64,000 bases of DNA from Bacteroidia bacterium (GTDB lineage Bacteria > Bacteroidota > Bacteroidia > Bacteroidales > Prolixibacteraceae), in contig JAPLDT010000088.1 in NCBI GenBank assembly GCA_026391315.1, positions 6,222-70,221 on the forward strand. The letters run 5' to 3'. Position 1 is the stretch's first letter. Each line of letters begins with the position of its first letter. Under the pieces are notes generated by a model. It did no database searches. It was not told the origin of the DNA and saw only the letters and a list, made by a program, of their open reading frames with translations. Shown here in pieces: positions 38,966 through 46,056 of this stretch. The translations under genes were made by a program, and so were the position numbers.

Positions 38966-38988
38966 GAATTTTGACGAATTACACGAAT
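38961..38988 (-). repeat. ACGAAT-triplet motif overlapping the GTG start of the wbpA-like gene
   Basis: The sequence is TTCACGAATTTTGACGAATTACACGAAT. The CAC at 38963-38965 is the reverse complement of the GTG start. Confidence 0.85.
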
Positions 38989-39199
38989 ATGTTAATGAAG
39001 ATTTGTGCGAACAATTGAGTTATAAATTTGATATATAAACCTTATTTTTCTGTTTAAACCTTAGTAGAAATGGGTGGTAGATTGAATCTGACCTTATTAC
39101 CTTATTGAATTGGATAAATTAAATAAGGGTGGTTTTAGTATGAATGTTTTTCTTTTTCAAATATTGCATTTTTCCGTCTGAAACAGAAATTTACGCCTC

Positions 39200-39340
39200 T
39201 TTGTGCTGCCTCTCGCAGGCGGTTCAACTTTCCACATCTCTACCCCGGGGTGCCGCTCCTTCGTCGCTCTGCCCCGGGCTACAAATATGCCGCCACTACG
39301 TGGCTGGATTAGTAAGCGTGCTATATTGTGGTTTGGAACC
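39200..39340. repeat. Partial, diverged copy of the composite repeat core
   Basis: CCCCGGGGTGCCGCTCCTTCGTCGCTCTGCCCCGGGCTACAA is shared with 42822-42862. The hairpin GCCAC-TAC-GTGGC at 39292-39304 replaces CCGC-TAC-GCGG. Confidence 0.75.
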
Positions 39341-39444
39341 GGCCTTATATTCTTGCCCATCGACCCTTCGTCCTATCTTCCCTTCATTCTTCCATCCGTC
39401 CCTCAGTCATTTTAGTCATTTTCCGTCCTACCCGTTTCATTTTC

Positions 39445-40335
39445 TCACCTACGAAGACTGCTGGCGATTTCAATGCTTTTCCTTGCATCGTCGATGCCGA
39501 AGCCTTCACCGTTCAGGATGGCTTTGTAGCTTTCGGTATGCAGATCGGTAAAGCCTTCGCTAAATTCAAGCTCTTCACCTTCAATGTTTATTTTGCGGTA
39601 GGTGCGTTTTTGGTTGGCAACAGCTTCTGCGGGCAAGTCATTTTCATCCACACTCAAAAACCAGTTGACATTAGCCTTTTCAAAGTAAAGTTTGCCTCCG
39701 GCTTTCCCTGGTAGGTTAATTTCCTGTTCCACACCCTTAAAATCGCCGAAAACCCATCCCAACATGTCAAAAAAGTGTATTCCGATATTGGTGGCAACTC
39801 CTCCGGATTTATGAATATCCCCTTTCCAGGAGAAAAAGTACCAATTTCCGCGACTGGTGATGTAGGAGAGATCAACTTCGTACACTTTGCCTTTTGGCCC
39901 ATCATCAATGTTTCTTTTTAACTGCTGAATGGCAGGATGTAACCTTAACTGCAGGATTGTAAATATTCTTTTGCCGGTTTCCTGTTCGATCTCCTGCAGG
40001 CCATCCAGATTCCAGGGATTCAATACCAAAGGTTTCTCACAGATGGCATGTGCATCATTGCGCAAGGCCATTCGCATATGGGCGTCGTGAAGATAATTGG
40101 GGGAACAAATGCTCACATAATCTATTTTCTGGGTACCCAGACGGCGAAGTTTATCAAGGTGTCTGTCAAATCTTTCGGGTTCTGTGAAGAAATCTGCTTT
40201 AGGAAAATAACTATCCATAATGCCAATGCCGTCGTAAGGATCAAGGGCACAAACCAGATTGTTCCCAGTCTCTTTGATGGCTTTCAGGTGGCGGGGGGCA
40301 ATGTAGCCGGCGGCTCCGATTAAAGCAAAATTCAT
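39445..40335 (-). CDS. UDP-N-acetyl-2-amino-2-deoxy-D-glucuronate 3-dehydrogenase, WbpB/WlbA-like (Gfo/Idh/MocA)
   Basis: 296 aa. MNFALIGAAGYIAPRHLKAIKETGNNLVCALDPYDGIGIMDSYFP...ICSPNYLHDAH...ICEKPLVL closely follows the WbpB/WlbA pattern. Confidence 0.8.
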   Translation of the reverse strand: MNFALIGAAGYIAPRHLKAIKETGNNLVCALDPYDGIGIMDSYFPKADFFTEPERFDRHLDKLRRLGTQKIDYVSICSPNYLHDAHMRMALRNDAHAICEKPLVLNPWNLDGLQEIEQETGKRIFTILQLRLHPAIQQLKRNIDDGPKGKVYEVDLSYITSRGNWYFFSWKGDIHKSGGVATNIGIHFFDMLGWVFGDFKGVEQEINLPGKAGGKLYFEKANVNWFLSVDENDLPAEAVANQKRTYRKINIEGEELEFSEGFTDLHTESYKAILNGEGFGIDDARKSIEIASSLRR

Positions 40336-40340
40336 ATTTA

Positions 40341-40374
40341 CTAATTACACTAATTTAGACGAATTACACGAACG
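40341..40374 (-). repeat. ACGAAT-triplet motif (first unit degenerate)
   Basis: The sequence is CTAATTACACTAATTTAGACGAATTACACGAACG. It lies 5 nt upstream of the wbpB-like start. Confidence 0.75.
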
Positions 40375-40518
40375 ATATAATGAGGATTTGTAGAATAAAG
40401 CAAGTAAGAAATCAGCGTATTAATTGAACCTGAACCTTGCACAGCTTCGCCTCCTCAGTCCCATTCTATGTAAAAAGGACTGCTATTTTTGCAATTGCGA
40501 CACTGGATTGTAGTTTAT

Positions 40519-40577
40519 GATGTTATTAGGTCGCCAAATATTCAACTTAGGTTAATTGAGTAGCTAAATTACTCATT
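40519..40577 (-). pseudogene. Relic of the wHTH-regulator 5' end and promoter-proximal region (start codon lost)
   Basis: GATGTTATTAGGTCGCCAAATATTCAACTTAGGTTAATTGAGTAGCTAAATTACTCATT aligns with 37279-37337 (about 5 mismatches), and CAT has become AAT at the start-codon position. Further similarity links 40632-40648 to 37356-37372. The downstream hairpin repeat is also duplicated (36662-36716 versus 40435-40492). Confidence 0.7.
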
Positions 40578-40807
40578 AAATTCAAAATTCCAAACTATAT
40601 ATGTGGCTTTAATGAAGTAATGGGTAATTTATTTGAAATAATTACAATAAAAAGGTGATAACAATACAGAGGACCCTTGCTTGAATTAGTTCCAGATGAT
40701 TGAAATTTGAGTCGATTCCAATTAGTGTCATACTATGAGCTCGTTGTGGTAAAAAGATATGACACGAATATCACTAAGGGAAAAACAAAGGACATTAAAT
40801 AGATGCC

Positions 40808-41380
40808 TTATATTTTTCTGACTGAATCATTTTTGAGTTCGTATTTGTCTCCGCTTTCGGCACAAACAGCATGGCCGGAGTCGTTGAAATGGAGGCGGAT
40901 TCCGTATTCGGAGATCCAGCCAATCTGAATGGCAGGATTGCCAACAACAAGGGCGTATGGCTCGACAGTTTTGGTCACGACCGCTCCGGCACCCACAAAT
41001 GCATATTCGCCAATGTCGTTTCCGCACACAATGGTGGCATTGGCGCCAATGGATGCCCCTAATTTCACGGTAGTTTTCGCGTATTCATTCTTCCGGTTGA
41101 CATGGCTGCGCGGATTGATGACATTGGTGAAGACACAGGAGGGTCCGAGGAAGACATCGTCCTCGCAAACGACTCCGGTGTATAGGGATACATTGTTTTG
41201 CACTTTCACATTGTTGCCCAGCACCACTTCGGGTGAGACAACAACGTTTTGGCCAATATTGCAGTTTTCACCGATGACTGCACCGGTCATGATATGAGAA
41301 AAGTGCCAGATTTTCGTGTTGTTACCAATGGTACATCCGGGATCGATTATTGCAGATGGATGAGCGGTGTAGTCGGGCAT
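40808..41380 (-). CDS. UDP-2-acetamido-3-amino-2,3-dideoxy-D-glucuronate N-acetyltransferase, WbpD/WlbB-like (LbH)
   Basis: 190 aa. It shows KIWHFSHIMTGAVIGENCNIGQNVVV...VFTNVINPRS...GANATIVCGNDIGEYAFVGAGAVVTKTVEPYALVVGNPA. Confidence 0.85.
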   Translation of the reverse strand: MPDYTAHPSAIIDPGCTIGNNTKIWHFSHIMTGAVIGENCNIGQNVVVSPEVVLGNNVKVQNNVSLYTGVVCEDDVFLGPSCVFTNVINPRSHVNRKNEYAKTTVKLGASIGANATIVCGNDIGEYAFVGAGAVVTKTVEPYALVVGNPAIQIGWISEYGIRLHFNDSGHAVCAESGDKYELKNDSVRKI

Positions 41381-41478
41381 AAGGTTTCAAAAATAAGGTT
41401 TATATTATCCTGGAATTCAATAATCACAGTTTCTCCGTTTCGTTTCTTCTTCGTTTCAATTCTTCCGGTTTCCCTGTT

Positions 41479-42591
41479 TCAATTTCTAAAATCAAGAATA
41501 GTCTCACAAATGTAACTCAACTCTTCCTCCGTCATTTCAGTATGAATAGGAAGGGCGAGAACTGATTCACAGAGCTTTTCTGTTACCTGCAGAGAAAATC
41601 CGACAGGGACATATTTGCTAAATGCCTGTTGTTTGTAGAGTGGTAAGGGGTAGTAGATCATGGTTGGAATCCCCTTTTCTGCAAGGTATTCTTTTAGACG
41701 ATCCCTTATTCCATCCTTTATTTTCAGTGTAAACTGGTTGCAGGTGGTTGGTGTGGCAGGCAAATAGGAGGGCAATATTGCGTATTCGAAATTTTTCAGT
41801 GCCTTTTGGTAGAAGGCCCCTACGGCCTTGCGCGCCTCCAGGTAAGTATCAAGGTGAGGGAGTTTGACATTCAAGATAGCAGCCTGCAAAGTATCGAGGC
41901 GCGAGTTGCAGCCTACAACTTCATGGTAATATTTTTTCTTCTGACCATGGTTGGCGATCATCCGGATCTTTTCGGCTAGCGCCGGAAGGTTGGTCATTAT
42001 AGCGCCACCGTCGCCCATGCATCCAAGATTTTTGGTGGGGAAGAAGGAGGTACAGCCAATGTGGCCGATGGTGCCGGCCTTCTTGATCGTCCCGTCCAAA
42101 AAGCGACAGGTGGCTCCAAGCGACTGGGCATTGTCTTCAATGACAAAAAGTTGATGGGCTTCGGCCAGTTTCATTAACGGCTCCATGTCGGCACATTGAC
42201 CGAAGAGATGCACGGGGATAATGGCTCTGGTGCGTGAGGTTATTGCATTGATAATCCCCGATAGGGATATGTTGAAAGTATTTTCATCGACATCCACCAT
42301 CACCGGTTGCAGGCCCAGAAGCGCTATCACTTCCGCGGTAGCGACATAAGTAAAGGCAGGGAGGATTACCTCATCGCCTGGTTTAAGTTCGAGCGCCATC
42401 AGGGCAATTTGCAAGGCATCTGTTCCGTTGGCGCATGCGATTACATAATCTGCCTGCAAAAATTCCGCCAGTTTCTTTTCGAAAATGGCAACCTCTTCCC
42501 CTTTGATAAAGGCGGATGAGTTTATTACCCGCTGAATAGCGGAAAGGATAGGCTGTTCCAACTTTTTGTGCTGGGAGAGCAGATCGACCAT
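41479..42591 (-). CDS. UDP-2-acetamido-2-deoxy-3-oxo-D-glucuronate aminotransferase, WbpE/WlbC-like (DegT family)
   Basis: I start it at the internal Met (MVDLLSQHKKLEQPI). The 22 upstream codons in the ORF track (MRKTEPVPERSRRANILL) are a translation of the 25-nt repeat at 42618-42642. It also shows CANGTDALQIALMALELKPGDEVILPAFTYVATAEV. Confidence 0.85.
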   Translation of the reverse strand: MVDLLSQHKKLEQPILSAIQRVINSSAFIKGEEVAIFEKKLAEFLQADYVIACANGTDALQIALMALELKPGDEVILPAFTYVATAEVIALLGLQPVMVDVDENTFNISLSGIINAITSRTRAIIPVHLFGQCADMEPLMKLAEAHQLFVIEDNAQSLGATCRFLDGTIKKAGTIGHIGCTSFFPTKNLGCMGDGGAIMTNLPALAEKIRMIANHGQKKKYYHEVVGCNSRLDTLQAAILNVKLPHLDTYLEARKAVGAFYQKALKNFEYAILPSYLPATPTTCNQFTLKIKDGIRDRLKEYLAEKGIPTMIYYPLPLYKQQAFSKYVPVGFSLQVTEKLCESVLALPIHTEMTEEELSYICETILDFRN

Positions 42592-42702
42592 GTCAATTTT
42601 TTTGAGCAAGATGTTTGCCCTTCGGCTACGCTCAGGGACCGGTTCTGTTTTTCTCATTTTGTTGTTACCCTCTCACCTTCAATTATTAGCGCGTTCCGTC
42701 CG

Positions 42703-42990
42703 CCCTTCGGCTACGCTCAGGGACCGGTCTCATCTTCTTGTCATTCGTTCTGTCCGTCCGAATTAATCCTATTGATTTTCTCGGCATGCTACCGCGGACG
42801 GCTTTCTTCGCATCATTCCAACCCGGGGTGCCGCTCCTTCGTCGCTTTGCCCCGGGCTACAATACTATAACCGCTACGCGGTAGGATTCGAGAAGGATCC
42901 ACATTGTGGTCAGGAAATTTAGATTGTGCAAAAGCCAATTTTCACATTTTCACATTTTCACATTTTCCAATTTTCACATTATTTTCACCC
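42703..42990. repeat. Composite dispersed repeat of about 290 nt, copy 1
   Basis: By eye it aligns with 59628-59930 at roughly 80-85 percent. The order is the 25-nt repeat, GGTCTCATC, GTCCGTCCGAA, CTACCGCGGACGG, a GC hairpin, CCGCTACGCGG, GGATCCAnATTGTGGTCAGGAAATTTAG, then a TTTCACAT word array. Confidence 0.85.
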
Positions 42991-42995
42991 GTCTG

Positions 42996-43123
42996 CCCTT
43001 CGGCTTCGCTCAGGGACCACCCCGCTCAGGGACTGGTCTCATTTTCTCATATTCCCCCTCGGCTACGCTCGGGGACCGGTGACTTGTCCCAGTCATCCCC
43101 CTTCGGCTACGCTCAGGGACCGG
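42996..43123 (+). repeat. Cluster of three 25-nt repeats plus a partial duplicate
   Basis: Copies lie at 42996-43018 (with a partial repeat at 43021-43036), 43055-43079 and 43098-43123. Spacing is irregular. Confidence 0.85.
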
Positions 43124-43322
43124 CACTATTTCTTCGTCCCAGTCATCCTAGTCGTCCCACGGCTTCGCCTCCTCAGTCACATTTAGCAACCAAGCGGGCC
43201 CAACAAAATTTCCAATAAGGCGTTAAGTAAGGCAGCCGAATGCAAATATACATGACTTGAAACTGAATTCGGTAGGATAATAACGCTGGTACTGTAAGAA
43301 CAAAACCATAAACAATGACCCC

Positions 43323-43883
43323 TTACTGTTGAAAAGTGAAGGGGATATCGGTTTCTGACAAAAGTGGCAATTTCCGGTCCTTTTCAGAAAGTTGTAATAA
43401 TTCGGCTGGTAATTGCCAGTCAATCTGCAGATCAGGATCATCAAACCGTATTCCCGCATCGTAATCGGGGGCATAGAGGTTGTCGACTTTGTAGGAGAAA
43501 ATAGCCTCCTCGCTTAAAACCACAAACCCGTGAGCAAAGCCACGGGGTATAAAGAGTTGCTGTTTGCTGGTGTCATTAAGTTCGATGCAGTAGGATTGCT
43601 TGAAAGTTGGTGAACCCTTGCGCAGATCGACTACCACATCCAGGATCTGCCCTGTAATAACCCTGACCAGCTTGGCTTGCGAAAAGGGAGGCTTCTGAAA
43701 GTGCAATCCCCGAAGAACTCCCAGACCTGATTTGGATTCGTTGTCCTGGACGAATTCGGTCTTCCCTAAGGCTTCGTCAAACTTGGTTTGCTGGAAGGAT
43801 TCGAAGAAATATCCTCGCTGATCGCCGAAAACTTTGGGTTCAATCAGAAACAGGCCTGGGAATGGAGTCGAAATGAAGTTCAT
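43323..43883 (-). CDS. rmlC: dTDP-4-dehydrorhamnose 3,5-epimerase
   Basis: 186 aa. It shows FGDQRGYFFESF...LRGLHFQ...QAKLVRVITGQILDVVVDLR...IPRGFAHGF. Confidence 0.9.
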   Translation of the reverse strand: MNFISTPFPGLFLIEPKVFGDQRGYFFESFQQTKFDEALGKTEFVQDNESKSGLGVLRGLHFQKPPFSQAKLVRVITGQILDVVVDLRKGSPTFKQSYCIELNDTSKQQLFIPRGFAHGFVVLSEEAIFSYKVDNLYAPDYDAGIRFDDPDLQIDWQLPAELLQLSEKDRKLPLLSETDIPFTFQQ

Positions 43884-43924
43884 CTAAGAAAATTGTTTGA
43901 ATTGTTTGAATTGTTTGAAAAGTT

Positions 43925-44794
43925 TCAAACCAGCGATAGCAAGTATTGTCCGTATTGATTCTTTTTTAGCAAATTACCTTGTTCACGGAGTTGAGCCTCG
44001 TCAATCCACTTGTTGCGAAAGGCGATCTCTTCTAGGCAGGCGACTTTGAGCCCCGTGCGTTTTTCGATGGTGGCAATGAAGGAGCCGGCCTCAAGCAACG
44101 ATTCATGGGTTCCGGTGTCGAGCCATGCGTAACCGCGACCCATCAGCTCAACTTTAAGCTCTTTTCTGTCGAGATAAACCTGGTTGACTGTGGTGATTTC
44201 CAGTTCGCCCCTGGGAGATGGTTTTATATTTTTTGCAATCCCTATCACAGAATTGGGGTAAAAGTAGAGTCCAATTACAGCATAATTGGATTTGGGTTTG
44301 TCAGGTTTCTCTTCGATGGTGGTGACATTTTCACTTGAATCGAATGTACATACCCCATAGCGTTCAGGATCATTGACCCAGTAGCCAAATACCGCAGCTT
44401 TTCTGTGAAAGGTCACCTGCTCAACGGCCTTGTTGAGGAGCTCAATAAATCCGTGTCCATAGAAAATATTGTCGCCTAAAACGAGACAGACGTCGTCGGA
44501 TCCAATAAAGTCTTCACCCAGTACAAATGCCTGGGCCAAACCATCCGGTGAAGGTTGGACAACATATTGAAGTTCAATGCCGAACTGAGAACCATCACCC
44601 AGCAGCCGGATAAAGGCGGCCTGTTCTTCGGGGGTAGTAATTATCAGTATTTCGCGGATGCCTGCCAGCATCAGCACCGACATAGGATAGTAAATCATCG
44701 GTTTATCGTAGATCGGGAGCAACTGCTTCGAAGTGCCAAGCGTAATCGGGTGCAGCCGCGATCCGGATCCGCCTGCAAGGATGATACCCTTCAT
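43925..44794 (-). CDS. rmlA: Glucose-1-phosphate thymidylyltransferase
   Basis: 289 aa. It shows [37 protein letters not shown]...[15 protein letters not shown]. Confidence 0.95.
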   Translation of the reverse strand: MKGIILAGGSGSRLHPITLGTSKQLLPIYDKPMIYYPMSVLMLAGIREILIITTPEEQAAFIRLLGDGSQFGIELQYVVQPSPDGLAQAFVLGEDFIGSDDVCLVLGDNIFYGHGFIELLNKAVEQVTFHRKAAVFGYWVNDPERYGVCTFDSSENVTTIEEKPDKPKSNYAVIGLYFYPNSVIGIAKNIKPSPRGELEITTVNQVYLDRKELKVELMGRGYAWLDTGTHESLLEAGSFIATIEKRTGLKVACLEEIAFRNKWIDEAQLREQGNLLKKNQYGQYLLSLV

Positions 44795-44871
44795 GGTAAG
44801 TGGATAAGTTGGTTTATAGGCGAAGATAGGAAGAATTTTGGAATGTTACGTTTTCTGGGGAATGAAACATT

Positions 44872-44951
44872 AAACGGGAAGAGGGAAACGGGAAGAGGGA
44901 AGAGGGAAACGGGAAGAGGGAAACGGGAAGAGGGAAGAGGGAAGAGGGAAT
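44872..44951 (+). repeat. Polypurine GGGAAGA/GGGAAAC tandem word array (about 13 GGG tracts)
   Basis: The sequence AAACGGGAAGAGGGAAACGGGAAGAGGGAAGAGGGAAACGGG... is read directly. It fits the G3-N4-G3 quadruplex motif many times over. Confidence 0.9.
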
Positions 44952-45049
44952 GGAGAGATAAATGTTGTTGGCAAATTTGGAATTATGGTAAAATATCGGT
45001 ATATTTAGGTAAGAGTTTAGGTTGTCAATTATTTTTAATTCTTTCAATT

Positions 45050-45427
45050 ATGAAAAATATAATATTGGTGCACACTGATTTAATTGTCTTTCAAAACGCA
45101 TTTAATTCGGCCGTTCAAATACATCAGTTTTCGCAAAACTTCCCATCTGAAGAAAAATTCTCCTTAACTGACCAAATTAGAAGAAGTTCACGATCAGTAG
45201 CTGCAAATCTTGCTGAGGCATTTAGAAAGAGAAGATACCCTAAGTCTTTTATTTCTAAATTGACAGATAGTGAAGGAGAGGCCGCAGAAACACAGGTATG
45301 GCTAAAGTTCGCAAATACCTTTAATTATCTTAACAGTGAGGATTATAATAAAATTAACTCAGCTTACGATCGCATTATTGCACAAATTGTTACGATGGTT
45401 CTCAATCCTGATAAGTGGACATTTTAA
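45050..45427 (+). CDS. Four-helix-bundle protein (TIGR02436 / 23S rRNA intervening-sequence protein family, Avd-like)
   Basis: 125 aa from the ATG at 45050. It shows FQNAFNSAVQIHQFSQNFPSEEKFSLTDQIRRSSRSVAANLAEAFRKRRYPKSFISKLTDSEGEAAETQVWL. The upstream part of track ORF 44555-45427 is antisense rmlA plus repeat sequence. Confidence 0.8.
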   Translation: MKNIILVHTDLIVFQNAFNSAVQIHQFSQNFPSEEKFSLTDQIRRSSRSVAANLAEAFRKRRYPKSFISKLTDSEGEAAETQVWLKFANTFNYLNSEDYNKINSAYDRIIAQIVTMVLNPDKWTF

Positions 45428-45466
45428 CTCCCACACCTCGCGTTTCCCGTTTCCCTCTTCGCTTCC

Positions 45467-45991
45467 TCATTCTTTCACCACAGCCAGATTGGTTGAGGGC
45501 GATTCTACCAGCACCGTAAAACCCAGCGGCAGAATGCGAAGGGCAACCCTGTTGTTGCCGCGAAAGGAGATGAGTTCACCACGGATGCCCATCATCGGAC
45601 CGGCAATGATTTCGACCTGCATGCCAGGAAGCAGCTCCTCCCTGGTAATTTCGACCTCTACCTCACTCTGTCCGAGCATCCGTTTGAGGATTTCAATGTC
45701 ATGGTCACGGATCACCGCTGCCTTTCCTTCGAAACGGACATACTGCATCACATTGTCGATTTGCAGTACGACATCGTAGTGTTTCCTGGTGATGTGAACA
45801 AATACATACCCGGAAATAAGCGGTATTTCTACCCATTTTTTACGGTCGCTCCACTGACGAAGCTTTCGTTGAAGAGGCAGGAAGGATTCGATTCCCTTAA
45901 ATTTTAACTCTTCATGTACCTTTTTCTCTGCACGTGAGTGGACATAGACAGCATGCCATTGTTCGATAAGGGGTTTTTCTTTTGGGGACAT
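45467..45991 (-). CDS. UpxY-family (NusG-like) transcription antiterminator
   Basis: 174 aa. It has an NGN domain (WHAVYVHSRAEKKVHEEL...ESFLPL) and a KOW-like region (GMQVEIIAGPMMGIRGELISF). It is the first gene of the locus, as in Bacteroides capsule operons. Confidence 0.8.
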   Translation of the reverse strand: MSPKEKPLIEQWHAVYVHSRAEKKVHEELKFKGIESFLPLQRKLRQWSDRKKWVEIPLISGYVFVHITRKHYDVVLQIDNVMQYVRFEGKAAVIRDHDIEILKRMLGQSEVEVEITREELLPGMQVEIIAGPMMGIRGELISFRGNNRVALRILPLGFTVLVESPSTNLAVVKE

Positions 45992-46056
45992 ATTCGGTAG
46001 ATTATAGATTCATACATCATTGAAAAAGAAGGGGAGACTGGGCGAATGAAAGAAAT

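Noticed and set aside
42592-42657. N-terminal 22 codons of track ORF 41479-42657 (MRKTEPVPERSRRANILLKKID)
   Set aside because: The sequence is the reverse-strand translation of a 25-nt repeat copy. The DegT-family alignment pattern starts at the internal MVDLLSQ.
42618-43123. Possible CRISPR array formed by the 25-nt CCCTTCGGCTACGCTCAGGGACCGG repeats (also at 36553-36621 and 46088-46221)
   Set aside because: Spacing is irregular (41-86 nt). Copies occur in both orientations and are scattered over many spacers and even inside a CDS. The 'spacers' are themselves other repeat words. No cas genes are in the window.
43885-43925. GTTTGAATTGTTTGAATTGTTTGAAAAGTTTCAAAC between rmlA and rmlC, as a terminator
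   Set aside because: It contains an 8-bp AT-rich palindrome (GTTTGAAA/TTTCAAAC) but sits in a 41-nt spacer of an obviously co-transcribed rmlA-rmlC pair. It is more likely just another copy of the word family.
44555-45049. Long N-terminal extension of the four-helix-bundle ORF (track ORF 44555-45427, 290 aa)
   Set aside because: The first roughly 165 codons are antisense to rmlA and then translate the polypurine array (GKRETGRGKRETGRGKREEGRGKRE). The recognisable domain begins at the ATG at 45050.
45050-45427. Diversity-generating retroelement suggested by the Avd-like four-helix-bundle genes (also 50616-51008)
   Set aside because: There is no reverse transcriptase and no template/variable repeat pair with adenine-specific differences. 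I could see no C-type-lectin or Ig-like target gene next to either copy.
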